Part shown: piece after piece, positions 27,413 through 36,859 of the stretch
Layout: each line of letters begins with the position of its first letter
How positions within the stretch are numbered: the first letter of the stretch is position 1
Assembly: GCA_045536535.1 (NCBI GenBank)
Contig: JAZSNS010000031.1
Coordinates: 64,934 to 128,933, forward strand
Origin: Eubacteriales bacterium
GTDB lineage: Bacteria > Bacillota > Clostridia > Oscillospirales > CAG-382
Direction: 5' to 3'
DNA length: 64,000 nucleotides
Notes under the pieces: model-generated
What the model was told of the DNA's origin: nothing
The model's input: the letters and a program-made list of their open reading frames with translations, nothing else
Databases searched by the model: none
Program-made: the position numbers and the translations under genes

Positions 27413-28561
27413 TTAAATGTCAATATCTTTTGCCTTTGCGATCAAAACTTCTTGATCGTTCTCGATCGCATCTTTCAAAACGAGGTCAAGCAGAACCAAG
27501 AGCGCTTTTCCTACCTTTATACCGTTGATTCCGATTGATGAAAGGTCGTTTCCGTTGACGGCAAGATCTTTCACAAAAAGGCAACATCCGCTTGATATCA
27601 TTTTTTCTGTTTCCATTTCAGGATCCTCGCCGTAAACCGCGCGGCGGTAAGCAGAAACGAGCAACGAATCTTCCCTGCCCAACGAAGAAATGTATTTTTT
27701 CAGTTCATAACGTTTCGAAGGAATCGGAGAAGAATTCAAGAGAATTTCGGCAACACGTTTTGTTTCGTTATCCGCATGAAGGTTTTCAAGCGTTTTTAAA
27801 GCATCTTCTCCACAAACATAAGCCAAGCGCATTGCATGATTTTTCGGAAGTTGCGAGAGCATTGAAACATCGGTTTTCAAAGGCAAAACCCGAAAAAGCG
27901 CTTCGCGATATTCCGACAGCACACGAGCCGCATCATCGCCCGTCAAGAGCCTTTTCAGTTCGGTATATATTCTTTCTGCCGAAACCTTCAAAAGCGTTTC
28001 CGAAAGCAAGAAAACCGCCTTTGAAGTGTTTTCTTCCAACTTGAAGCCGAGCGTTGCCGAGAAACGAAGCGCACGAAGGATACGAAGCGAATCCTCCGAA
28101 AAGCGTTTGACCGGATCGCCCACCGCACGAATCGTTCCCGACTTTATGTCCTCGATACCGAAAAAAGGATCAACGATGCCTCTTTTCGGTGAAAAGGCGA
28201 CAGCATTCATCGTGAAATCACGGCGCGCCAGATCTTCATTGATATCGCGGACAAACATAACCTCATCGGGGTGGCGTTGATCGGCATAGCCCTTTTCAAC
28301 ACGATAGGTCGTCACCTCATAAGGCTTTCTGTCAATCAAAACGGTTACCGTCCCGTGTCGGATACCTGTTTCAAGAACCGATTCAGATGAAAAAACCGAT
28401 TTTGTTTCATCAGGCAAAGCAGAAGTCGTGATATCGTAATCGGTGACTTCTCTGCCCAAAACGCAGTCACGCACACAGCCCCCGACCGCAAACGCCTCAA
28501 AGCCCGCATCTTCAAGCATTTTTATGATATATTCGGTGTTTTTATCAAGGGATATATGCAT
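27413..28561 (-). CDS. cca: CCA-adding tRNA nucleotidyltransferase
   Basis: AVGGCVRDCVLGREVTDYDI and RDFTMNA are class II nucleotidyltransferase motifs. Confidence 0.92.
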   Translation of the reverse strand: MHISLDKNTEYIIKMLEDAGFEAFAVGGCVRDCVLGREVTDYDITTSALPDETKSVFSSESVLETGIRHGTVTVLIDRKPYEVTTYRVEKGYADQRHPDEVMFVRDINEDLARRDFTMNAVAFSPKRGIVDPFFGIEDIKSGTIRAVGDPVKRFSEDSLRILRALRFSATLGFKLEENTSKAVFLLSETLLKVSAERIYTELKRLLTGDDAARVLSEYREALFRVLPLKTDVSMLSQLPKNHAMRLAYVCGEDALKTLENLHADNETKRVAEILLNSSPIPSKRYELKKYISSLGREDSLLVSAYRRAVYGEDPEMETEKMISSGCCLFVKDLAVNGNDLSSIGINGIKVGKALLVLLDLVLKDAIENDQEVLIAKAKDIDI

Positions 28562-28613
28562 CTTTTCACCTCCGTTTCGGTTATGATATCACAGAAAAAT
28601 AATTTATGCAACA

Positions 28614-29951
28614 TTGCATTTTTTCACCGAAAACGCAATAGACTCTTCTCGGGTGAGAATTTTGAAAAAACTGGCGGCATTATTATTATCGCTTTTTACG
28701 TTGACAGGTTGCGGTGCGCGTTCTTACGGCTATATAGAAAACGACGTTTTCAAGGAGGACAAGGTCTATCGAGTTTCTTATATCGGTCATCAAAACGACG
28801 TTTTCAACAGCGAAAACACCATGAACGGAATCTGGGTCTCGCAATTCGACATGCATCCGATCTTCCGCGACGGCGGAAAGCAAAGGGACAAAGAGGACTT
28901 CAGGGAAAAGATCGAAGTTATGATGTCAAACCTCAAACGCGACGGATTTGACACCGTTTTCTTGCAGATACGCCCAAACGGCGACAGTATGTATGAAAGC
29001 GAAATCTACCCTTTGTCGAAATACATCGCCGGTGTTTACGGCGGCCGGATCGAATATGACGCGATCGATATCTATCTTTCTTCAGCAAAACGTCACGGTA
29101 TTTCGGTTCACGCGTGGATAAACCCGTTCAGGCTCTGTCATGAAAGTGAACTTAACGATCATGCAACAGGAAAGCTTTATGAATGGGCGAATGAAGGCTA
29201 CGGAAAGCGCATTGAGCGCGGAAGTGACGGGATTTTATATCTCGACCCTTCATATCAAGAGGCAACCGATCTGATCGTTTCGGGCGTTAACGAAATTTTG
29301 AAGAAATACAGTTTCGACGGCATTCATATCGACGATTACTTCTATCCCACAGAATTTGAGTTTGATGACGAAAGCGAATTCAACGCAAGCGGATATGCCG
29401 ACAAGGGTGATTTTCGCAGAGCCAACATCAACCGAACGGTGAAAGCGATCTACGAAGCGGTTCACAAATTTGACAACAGGGTTTTCGGCATTTCGCCTGC
29501 GGGAAATATATATTCGCTCGAAAACGGTTGGTATGCCGACATTTACAGATGGTGCGAAGAAGACGGATTTGTTGATTACGTCATGCCGCAACTTTACTTT
29601 GGGTTTGAAAACGCAACCTGTCCTTTTGAAACGGTGTTGAAGGATTGGTGCGACGCAGTCAAAAACGAAAAAACAAAATTGTTCATCGGACTTTCGGCGG
29701 CAAAATGCGCTTTGGGAAGCGAAGGGCAAGCCGACACATACGCAGGCGAAAAAGGCAAATTTGAGTGGCGTGACAACAAAGACATTTTAGCAAGGTCTTT
29801 AAAGGTTATCAACGAATCCGAAAAGGTCAAGGGATATTGTATTTTTACTTATTCTTCTTTTTACGATCCTTTAACCGGCGAAAACAATCCTTTGACAGTC
29901 GAAGAAAAAACGGCGTTTTGCGAAGTTACGGCAAAAAAAGAGAACCTTTAG
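28614..29951 (+). CDS. GHL10 (family-10 glycosyl-hydrolase-like, YngK-type) lipoprotein
   Basis: Lipobox LSLFTLTGCG. The DGIHIDDYFYP motif is typical of GHL10/DUF187-type proteins. The true start may be the in-frame TTG at 28662 (MKKLAALLLSLFTLTGC). Confidence 0.85.
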   Translation: MHFFTENAIDSSRVRILKKLAALLLSLFTLTGCGARSYGYIENDVFKEDKVYRVSYIGHQNDVFNSENTMNGIWVSQFDMHPIFRDGGKQRDKEDFREKIEVMMSNLKRDGFDTVFLQIRPNGDSMYESEIYPLSKYIAGVYGGRIEYDAIDIYLSSAKRHGISVHAWINPFRLCHESELNDHATGKLYEWANEGYGKRIERGSDGILYLDPSYQEATDLIVSGVNEILKKYSFDGIHIDDYFYPTEFEFDDESEFNASGYADKGDFRRANINRTVKAIYEAVHKFDNRVFGISPAGNIYSLENGWYADIYRWCEEDGFVDYVMPQLYFGFENATCPFETVLKDWCDAVKNEKTKLFIGLSAAKCALGSEGQADTYAGEKGKFEWRDNKDILARSLKVINESEKVKGYCIFTYSSFYDPLTGENNPLTVEEKTAFCEVTAKKENL

Positions 29952-29986
29952 CGAGGCTTCCCATAAGGAAGTCTCGCAGTTTTATT
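29951..29986 (+). terminator. putative rho-independent terminator of the GHL10 gene
   Basis: GCGAGGCTTCC-cataa-GGAAGTCTCGC followed by AGTTTTATT. Confidence 0.55.
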
Positions 29987-30182
29987 CGCCGTTTTGCTCA
30001 AACGGCGAGTTATATTGCTTCGCAGTTATATTATGCTTCGCATAGTGATATTCGGCTAAGCCGAGTTTGACGAATAAAATACCACTGAAACCGCAAGGTT
30101 TCAATAACACTCTTTTGGAAGTATCTCGTCTGCGACGAGGTATTCCAAAAGAATATCACTCCGACGTTAGTTGGAATAAAAC

Positions 30183-30211
30183 TTGAAATAAATCGACTTG
30201 TATGATAAAAT
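30183..30211 (+). promoter_or_regulatory. putative promoter of the orphan HExxH gene
   Basis: TTGAAA (30183-30188), 17-nt spacer, TGATAAAAT extended -10 (TAAAAT at 30206-30211). Confidence 0.4.
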
Positions 30212-30314
30212 GATGAGGGTTTGGGCTTAGTCCATGGCACACTCGTGCAGACAAATGCGATGCTGGTTCTTTTTCACTCTGTTCGATAAATAAGAATTTG
30301 ATTAAGAGGTGCAT

Positions 30315-30794
30315 ATGATTTCGTGGATTGATAAAGAGCATAAAACTTATTATAAAGATTCTGCACCTGCATCGGGAATAAGATATAAGTTTTATGATTA
30401 TGGAAACAACTTCGATGAGAATGTGATAGAAGAAATAAAGAAATTCGTTGTTTTTTTAAGAAAGTATTATTTCTTTCCCATCAGGTTAAACATTTTATTT
30501 TGTAATACGCAAGGCTTTCGGCATCATATGGATGGTCATATTTATTATGGCGCATTTTATAGCATGGAAGATGAGAAAAAAAGGATTTACCCCAGAATAT
30601 CAATCGCCTCCAAAATTACACCAAGCAAATCTTTGGAAGATATACTTTGTGTATTAACCCACGAAATTACACACTATTATCAATGGTATTTCTTGGAAGA
30701 AGATAAACGAACCCACAGAAGTTTGGAAATAGAAGCGAATAAATGGTCTAAGCACATTGTAGATTTGTATTTTAATGATTATTTATCCAACTAA
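30315..30794 (+). CDS. orphan low-GC hypothetical protein with HExxH...E (minimal gluzincin-like) motif
   Basis: 159 aa from ATG 30315 (AAGAGG 5 nt upstream). Contains LTHEITHYYQW then LEIEANKW about 20 residues later. Rich in K/Y/F/I, and the DNA is visibly much more AT-rich than its neighbours. Confidence 0.7.
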   Translation: MISWIDKEHKTYYKDSAPASGIRYKFYDYGNNFDENVIEEIKKFVVFLRKYYFFPIRLNILFCNTQGFRHHMDGHIYYGAFYSMEDEKKRIYPRISIASKITPSKSLEDILCVLTHEITHYYQWYFLEEDKRTHRSLEIEANKWSKHIVDLYFNDYLSN

Positions 30795-30821
30795 CAAATT
30801 CCAATTTGAGAATAAAACGAA

Positions 30822-30857
30822 CCCCGACAGACCTTCAAAAAATCTGTCGGGGTTTTA
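30822..30857 (+). terminator. rho-independent terminator
   Basis: CCCCGACAGA-ccttcaaaaaa-TCTGTCGGGG-TTTT. Confidence 0.7.
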
Positions 30858-30898
30858 TCATCCTTACGAGAAGCTGCCCTAAGGTTCTCTTTTTCTGT

Positions 30899-31279
30899 TT
30901 ATTTCTGCAGTTTTGAATAGGTCTTTTCGGTGAAGCGCTCGGAAAGAACCGTAAAGCGTTCATGCGTTCCCTCGCCGATAAGACCGCTTTCGTCAAATGC
31001 TTCCACTTTTAAAACGAACTTTCTGCCCTCGTGGGACAAAACCTCGGCGGTTGCGGAGACCTGCATTCCGACGGGCGTTGCCGAAACGTGGCTGACGTTC
31101 AATCCTGTGCCGACGGTTGTTTCGCCTTCATTAAGGAGCGGTTTGACAGCTTCACACGCGGCTTTTTCCATGAGCGCTATCATAGCAGGTGTCGCATAAA
31201 CTTTCAGGCTGCCGCTTCCTACCGAAAGCGCGGTGTTTGAATCGGTTACAAATTCATTTACGGTTGCTTTATATTCCAT
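30899..31279 (-). CDS. hotdog-fold thioesterase family protein
   Basis: MEYKATVNEFVTDSNTALSVGSGSL.VYATPAMIALME... is typical of the small thioesterase (FlK/YiiD_C-like) family. Start is at the internal ATG 31279, which follows GAGGA. Confidence 0.82.
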   Translation of the reverse strand: MEYKATVNEFVTDSNTALSVGSGSLKVYATPAMIALMEKAACEAVKPLLNEGETTVGTGLNVSHVSATPVGMQVSATAEVLSHEGRKFVLKVEAFDESGLIGEGTHERFTVLSERFTEKTYSKLQK

Positions 31280-31365
31280 TTTACAAATCCTCAACAAAAA
31301 TTTTTTCAATGAATTATACCATTATCCAAATCCATTGTCAACTTTATGATGCATAAAATTCGGCA

Positions 31366-31394
31366 TTGCAAAATCGAATCAAATTTGGTATAAT
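31366..31394 (+). promoter_or_regulatory. sigma-A-type promoter for the pncA-like/nadE pair
   Basis: TTGCAA (31366-31371), 17-nt spacer, TGGTATAAT (TATAAT at 31389-31394). Confidence 0.5.
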
Positions 31395-31418
31395 TCCGAA
31401 AGAAGGGAGAGTTATGTT

Positions 31419-31940
31419 ATGGAAAACATTCTTATTGTTGTTGATATACAAAATGATTTTGTCGACGGCGCACTCGGAACAAAAGAGGCGGTTGCTATTA
31501 TCCCGAATGCGGTTGAGCGAATCAAAGCGCATCAGGGAGCGATTTTCGTGACGTTTGACACTCACGGAGATTATTATATGGATTCTTACGAGGGTAAAAA
31601 CCTCCCCGTGCCGCATTGCATCAAAGGCACTGACGGACATGATCTAAACAGCGAGATTCTTCATGCGCTTGACGGCAAGGATTTTATCTGCGTTGAAAAG
31701 CCGTCGTTCGGCTCGGTCGAACTTCCCGAAATGATAAAAGAAAGATTCGGAAACGACGTTAAGATCGAACTCATCGGCATTTGTACCGACATTTGCGTTA
31801 TTTCAAACGCACTTATTTTAAAAGCCAACTTCCCCGAAAGCGAAATTTCGGTTGTCGAGAACTGCTGCGCAGGCGTAACCCCGGAAAAACACAATTCTGC
31901 GATCGAAACAATGAGAAGTTGTCAGATAATTATTAAATGA
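31419..31940 (+). CDS. isochorismatase-family cysteine hydrolase (nicotinamidase-like)
   Basis: The VVDIQNDF start and the GICTDICV catalytic-Cys motif. Adjacent to nadE. Confidence 0.88.
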   Translation: MENILIVVDIQNDFVDGALGTKEAVAIIPNAVERIKAHQGAIFVTFDTHGDYYMDSYEGKNLPVPHCIKGTDGHDLNSEILHALDGKDFICVEKPSFGSVELPEMIKERFGNDVKIELIGICTDICVISNALILKANFPESEISVVENCCAGVTPEKHNSAIETMRSCQIIIK

Positions 31941-31955
31941 CCGAGAGGGTAAAAA

Positions 31956-32702
31956 ATGTTCGATGCATTGAAAGTCAAAAACGACTGCGTTAAATGGATT
32001 CGCGACTTTTTCGAGGAAAACGGCAAAGGCTGCAACGCCGTTGTCGGAATTTCGGGCGGCAAAGACAGCACCGTTGTTGCCGCACTCTGCGTTGAAGCAC
32101 TTGGAAAAGACAGAGTTATAGGCGTTTTGATGCCCAACGGAGAACAGCCGGACATTGATGATTCTTTTCGCGTTGTCAGCCATTTGGGCATTAAGTATTA
32201 CGTTGTGAACATCGCCGACGCGTTCAACGGATTAAAGACCGCTTTCCCCGAAGAGCTTGAAATGAGCCTTCAGACAAAAATAAACATTGCACCGAGAATT
32301 CGCATGGCCGCGCTTTATGCAGTTTCGCAAAGCGTTAACGGGCGCGTTGCCAACACCTGTAATTTGAGCGAAGACTGGGTTGGCTACTCAACACGTTACG
32401 GCGATGCTGCGGGTGATTTCAGCCCTTTGTGCTGTTTGACGGTCAGTGAAGTCAAGGAGATCGGCAAAGTTATCGGACTTCCTGTTGATCTGGTTGAAAA
32501 AGTGCCGTCTGACGGACTTTGCGGCAAGACCGACGAGGATAACCTCGGGTTCAAATATGCCACGCTCGACAGATATATCCGCACGGGTGAAATTGACGAC
32601 CAAGCCGAAAAAGAACTTATCGACCGCAAACACAGAGCAAACGTTTTCAAACTTCGCGTTATGCCCGGTTTTATCTACGGAGAGGGTACTGCGGACAGAT
32701 AA
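31956..32702 (+). CDS. nadE: ammonia-dependent NAD+ synthetase
   Basis: GISGGKDSTV PP-loop, 248 aa. Confidence 0.95.
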   Translation: MFDALKVKNDCVKWIRDFFEENGKGCNAVVGISGGKDSTVVAALCVEALGKDRVIGVLMPNGEQPDIDDSFRVVSHLGIKYYVVNIADAFNGLKTAFPEELEMSLQTKINIAPRIRMAALYAVSQSVNGRVANTCNLSEDWVGYSTRYGDAAGDFSPLCCLTVSEVKEIGKVIGLPVDLVEKVPSDGLCGKTDEDNLGFKYATLDRYIRTGEIDDQAEKELIDRKHRANVFKLRVMPGFIYGEGTADR

Positions 32703-32769
32703 CACCGCTCAAAAAGTTCAACGATTTTCGAAGACACGGTTTATCATTAATTTCATTTTGATTAAAATC

Positions 32770-32796
32770 AAAAAGACGGCAAGAGCCGTCTTTTTT
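32770..32796. terminator. bidirectional rho-independent terminator
   Basis: AAAAA-GACGGC-aaga-GCCGTC-TTTTTT between convergent nadE and dfx. Confidence 0.8.
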
Positions 32797-32807
32797 GTTA
32801 CGCTTTT

Positions 32808-33185
32808 TTAAAACTCCGATTTCCAGAGGCCGTGAAGATTGCAATATGCATATACCGCAACGGCTTTTTCTCCTTCCGCAAGCGAAAATTCAACAACGGG
32901 AGCGGATTCGGGAGAAAGATATTTCACAGCGCCGCCGAGGTTTGTTTCAAGATAAATCCACTGAATAAGATGTTCTGCAGTCATGGGGTGCGCAACAGAA
33001 CCGACGGACACATTTACAACGTTGCCGTTGATGGTTGCGACAGGGATATGTTTTTCAACGCTCGCTTCAACGGTGTTGGCAACAAGTTCCTGCATTTTGG
33101 TTCCGCAGCAGACAACGGGAACTTTGGAATCAACATGTTTTTCGATGATATTGCCGCAATGTTCACAGATGTAAAATTTCTTCAT
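32808..33185 (-). CDS. dfx: desulfoferrodoxin (2Fe superoxide reductase)
   Basis: N-terminal desulforedoxin-like CEHCGN...CCG, then the EKHIPV neelaredoxin-domain start and a C-terminal Cys/His centre (YCNLHGLW). Confidence 0.92.
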   Translation of the reverse strand: MKKFYICEHCGNIIEKHVDSKVPVVCCGTKMQELVANTVEASVEKHIPVATINGNVVNVSVGSVAHPMTAEHLIQWIYLETNLGGAVKYLSPESAPVVEFSLAEGEKAVAVYAYCNLHGLWKSEF

Positions 33186-33226
33186 AATCTAAACTCCTTA
33201 ACAGTAATTTTTCTTATTACGAGATC

Positions 33227-33255
33227 ATTATATCATACAAAATGACAGATTGCAA
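33227..33255 (-). promoter_or_regulatory. sigma-A-type promoter for dfx
   Basis: On the minus strand: TTGCAA, 17-nt spacer, TGATATAAT. Confidence 0.5.
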
Positions 33256-33296
33256 TAGGTTTTAGAAAATTTATTGATAATTTTTATCATTTAGCG

Positions 33297-34325
33297 TTAG
33301 AGTTTATCTGCAATATCATAGATAAGTGTTTCGGTCTTTTCCCAACCAAGGCAGGGGTCTGTGATCGATCTGCCGAAAACGTGTTCCCCGATTTTCTGCG
33401 AACCGTCTTCGAGATAGCTTTCTATCATCAGGCCTTTGACCAGCGATCTGATATCGGAGTTTTGGTTACGGCTCGAAACGATCTCGTTTGCAATACGTAT
33501 CTGTTCAAGATAACGTTTGCCGGAGTTGTTATGGTTTGTATCGACGATAACCGAGGGATTTTCTAGCCCTGAGGTGCTGTAAAGATCATGAAGTTTAAGC
33601 AGATCTTCATAATGATAGTTAGAAACGCTCTTCCCCGAAAAATCAAGATAACCTCTGAGAATTGCGTGAGCATAAGGGTTGCCGTTGCTCTTGACTTCCC
33701 AGCCGCGATAGATGAAGGTATGACTTCCCTGCGCTGCATGGATCGCATTCATCATGACCGACATATCGCCGCCCGTCGGATTTTTCATACCGACAGGAAC
33801 ATCAAGTCCGCTCGCGGTAAGACGATGCTGTTGATTTTCAACCGAACGTGCGCCGACGGCGACATAAGCAAGCAGATCGGAAAGATAACGGTGGTTTTCG
33901 GGATAAAGCATCTCATCGGCACAAGTAAAGCCATAATCTTTAAGGGCGCTCATGTGAAGTTCGCGGATAGCGACGATGCCTTTATACATATCGGGTTTTT
34001 CCTCGGGTTCGGGCTGATGAAGCATGCCTTTATAGCCCTCGCCCGTCGTGCGCGGTTTATTTGTATAAATGCGCGGGATTATGAGTATTTTATCGTTAAC
34101 TTTGTCCTGAACTTTACGAAGACGCGAAATATATTCAAGAACGGGCTCGCGGTGATCGGCAGAACAAGGCCCGATTATAAGCAGGAATTTATCAGATTCG
34201 CCCGAAAAAATGCTTCGGATCTCTTTATCACGCTGAATCTTTACAGCTTCCATTTCCGGGGTCACGGGATAATCTTGTTTTACCTGTTGAGGGATGGGGA
34301 GTTTGCGGAAGAATTGCATATTCAT
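33297..34325 (-). CDS. 3-deoxy-7-phosphoheptulonate (DAHP) synthase, class I
   Basis: 342 aa with LLIIGPCS, KPRT and GMKN motifs of type-I-alpha DAHP synthases. It is the last gene of the aro operon. Confidence 0.95.
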   Translation of the reverse strand: MNMQFFRKLPIPQQVKQDYPVTPEMEAVKIQRDKEIRSIFSGESDKFLLIIGPCSADHREPVLEYISRLRKVQDKVNDKILIIPRIYTNKPRTTGEGYKGMLHQPEPEEKPDMYKGIVAIRELHMSALKDYGFTCADEMLYPENHRYLSDLLAYVAVGARSVENQQHRLTASGLDVPVGMKNPTGGDMSVMMNAIHAAQGSHTFIYRGWEVKSNGNPYAHAILRGYLDFSGKSVSNYHYEDLLKLHDLYSTSGLENPSVIVDTNHNNSGKRYLEQIRIANEIVSSRNQNSDIRSLVKGLMIESYLEDGSQKIGEHVFGRSITDPCLGWEKTETLIYDIADKL

Positions 34326-34358
34326 AATTATTGCCTCTGTATATATTTAAAAAAGATC

Positions 34359-35225
34359 TCACAGTTTTTTCTTTTTATCGAATTTGCGTCGGCGCTCAGT
34401 CGAAAGGCGCATCATTTCGCGCATTGTTTCACGGTCGCCGTCTTTTATTGTGTCATAAAGTTTATCAAACGTGTTTCGATAGTTATCCATTTCTGCCAAA
34501 AGCGTCTCGCGGTTTGACAAAAACAGTTCGCTCCACATTTCATCGTTGATATTTGCAATACGTGTCAGGTCGCGAAAAGAGTCGCCCGTATAGCGTTCGA
34601 GGTCGGGGGCATCGCAAGCGCACATGAGAGAAACCGCAATGCAATGGGTAAGTTGCGAAAGAAACGCGATCATTCGGTCGTGCATCTCGGGACTCAGCAC
34701 CGATATTTCGCGAAAGCCGAGAGTTTCGCCCAGATCGCCGCAAAGTTCGACCGTATCAAGCGAATTTTTTTCGGTAGGAACTATTATATAATTCGCGTTT
34801 TTGAATATGGATTCATCGGCATATTCAACACCGGCGGTTTCTTTGCCCGCCATCGGATGGGCGGAAATGAACTCGACACCCTCAGGCAGGAGCGATTGGA
34901 TCTCATAAACGATGCACTGTTTAACACCCGTTACGTCGGTTATAACGGTTTTTGGGGTTATCAAATGAGCGTTTTCTTTTATCCACTCGACAAAAACGTG
35001 AGGATAAAGAGCGAACACGATTATGTCGGCTTCGGCAATAAGTTCGGGATCAACAAAAGCGGAACCTTTTGTTATAAGGTTATGTTCAAGCGCGTAATCA
35101 ATCGTCGACTGTTTGCGCGTTATCGCGGTTACGTAATAACCCTGTCGGGTAAGGCTCTGGGCATAACTGCCGCCGAGAAGACCCAATCCTACGATAAGTA
35201 TTTTTTTGGATTTATCAATTTTCAT
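34359..35225 (-). CDS. tyrA: prephenate dehydrogenase
   Basis: N-terminal Rossmann motif ILIVGLGLLGGS and HPMAG motif. Confidence 0.92.
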   Translation of the reverse strand: MKIDKSKKILIVGLGLLGGSYAQSLTRQGYYVTAITRKQSTIDYALEHNLITKGSAFVDPELIAEADIIVFALYPHVFVEWIKENAHLITPKTVITDVTGVKQCIVYEIQSLLPEGVEFISAHPMAGKETAGVEYADESIFKNANYIIVPTEKNSLDTVELCGDLGETLGFREISVLSPEMHDRMIAFLSQLTHCIAVSLMCACDAPDLERYTGDSFRDLTRIANINDEMWSELFLSNRETLLAEMDNYRNTFDKLYDTIKDGDRETMREMMRLSTERRRKFDKKKKL

Positions 35226-36423
35226 TAATCTCTATTCCTACGTTAAGGTTTTTTAGGACATCAAAGAAATCGGGATAACTTTTTGAGACCGCCTCAGCAC
35301 CCTCGATAACACCACCCGTCAGCGTTAACAGAACAGAAAGCGCCATAACGATTCGGTGGTCATTATGTCCGAAAAGCGGTTCGGACGGAGGGACAAGCGT
35401 TGCCGATCCGATCAAAACATGGTTTTCGCCGACCTCAACGGGAATCCCGAATTTCAAAAGTTCGGTTTGCATTGCAACTCCGCGATCGCTTTCCTTGATG
35501 CGCAAGCGCGAAGTTCCGTTGAACCTCACGTTTCCGACAAGCGATGCCATCGCAAACAGGATCGGGGCCAGATCGGGGCAATCCGAAAGATCAAATTCAT
35601 TTATTCCCTCTTTCATGCCTTTGAAAATATCGGCATAAACACGATCGCCTTGGAGAGTTTCGGGTGAAACACCGCAAACCTCAACATCTCCGCCAACAAA
35701 GTTAAGCGCGTCCAAAAACGCGGCGTTCGAGCAATCGCCCTCGACAAAATATTCACGATTTTGATAACTTTGGTTGCCGAAAATGATAAAACGGTTGCCT
35801 GCGTGCGTGATTTTTATGCCGAAATAAGAAAGCACGTTTAACGTCAGTTCAATATAAGACGCGCTCTCCAATTCCCCGATGATTTCGATAATGCTCAGCC
35901 CGTCAAGCAGAGGAAGCGCGAAAAGCAAACCCGAGATAAACTGACTCGATATATCGCCGCGAATCTTAAAGTTGCCGCTTTTGAGTTTTCCGCAGACGGT
36001 GAGTGAATCTTCGCCCTTTTCAAAAAGAATTCCTTGTTCGCGGCATATATCTTCATAGATCCCCAACGGGCGTTCAAAAAGACGTTTGCTGCCTTTTAAA
36101 ACCACTCTTTTTCCTGTTAGCAGACAAAGCGGTATCAAAAAACGCAGAGTGCTTCCGCTTTCATCACAAAACAATTCGGTATTATCATTGATCGCAGAAA
36201 AATCAAGTTTACATAATTCGATTTCGTTGCCGTTCGATGAAAAATTTGTTCCAAGCGATTCAAGGCAGGAAAGAGTTGCCGCGATATCTTTTGACTGCGA
36301 CACGTTTTTCACAACGCTTCCACCCGCAAGTGCGCCGCAGATGAGCGCGCGATGTGCTAAACTTTTTGACGGCGGTGCAAAAACTTTTCCGGATGCCTTT
36401 GAGGGGATAATTTTAACCTTCAT
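35215..36423 (-). CDS. aroA: 3-phosphoshikimate 1-carboxyvinyltransferase (EPSP synthase)
   Basis: PSKSLAHRALI, ESGSTLRF and DHRIVMA motifs. Start is at ATG 36423 (MKVKIIPS), abutting the aroQ stop. The track start at 36519 lies inside aroQ. Confidence 0.95.
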   Translation of the reverse strand: MKVKIIPSKASGKVFAPPSKSLAHRALICGALAGGSVVKNVSQSKDIAATLSCLESLGTNFSSNGNEIELCKLDFSAINDNTELFCDESGSTLRFLIPLCLLTGKRVVLKGSKRLFERPLGIYEDICREQGILFEKGEDSLTVCGKLKSGNFKIRGDISSQFISGLLFALPLLDGLSIIEIIGELESASYIELTLNVLSYFGIKITHAGNRFIIFGNQSYQNREYFVEGDCSNAAFLDALNFVGGDVEVCGVSPETLQGDRVYADIFKGMKEGINEFDLSDCPDLAPILFAMASLVGNVRFNGTSRLRIKESDRGVAMQTELLKFGIPVEVGENHVLIGSATLVPPSEPLFGHNDHRIVMALSVLLTLTGGVIEGAEAVSKSYPDFFDVLKNLNVGIEINEN

Positions 36424-36424
36424 T

Positions 36425-36859
36425 TTATTCTCCGTGAATTCCGATAAGATAATCAATTGCCTCCAAATAACCGTCAATGCCTTTTCCGACGACCGTCTTC
36501 TGACAATACTCGCGAACATAACTTATCTGACGGTATGATTCACGCTTTGAAACATCGGAGATATGAACCTCAACCGCAGGGATCGAAACGCATTTCAATG
36601 CGTCCAAGATCGCGATGCTCGTATGTGTATATGCGGCGGGGTTGATGATGATACCGTCAACACAGCCATAAGCGTTTTGAATTTTTTCAACAATCTCGCC
36701 CTCATGGTTTGATTGAAAAATTTCAATCTCGATTCCCTTTTCGTTAGCGTTGGCATTTATCAACTCACAAAGGTCGTTATAGGTTTTATTTCCGTATACA
36801 GAGGGCTCGCGGATACCGAGCATATTAAGATTCGGGCCGTTGATCACAAGCAATTTCAT
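36425..36859 (-). CDS. aroQ: type II 3-dehydroquinate dehydratase
   Basis: MKLLVINGPNLNMLGIREPSVYG...FQSNHEGE...NPAAYTHTS. Confidence 0.95.
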   Translation of the reverse strand: MKLLVINGPNLNMLGIREPSVYGNKTYNDLCELINANANEKGIEIEIFQSNHEGEIVEKIQNAYGCVDGIIINPAAYTHTSIAILDALKCVSIPAVEVHISDVSKRESYRQISYVREYCQKTVVGKGIDGYLEAIDYLIGIHGE

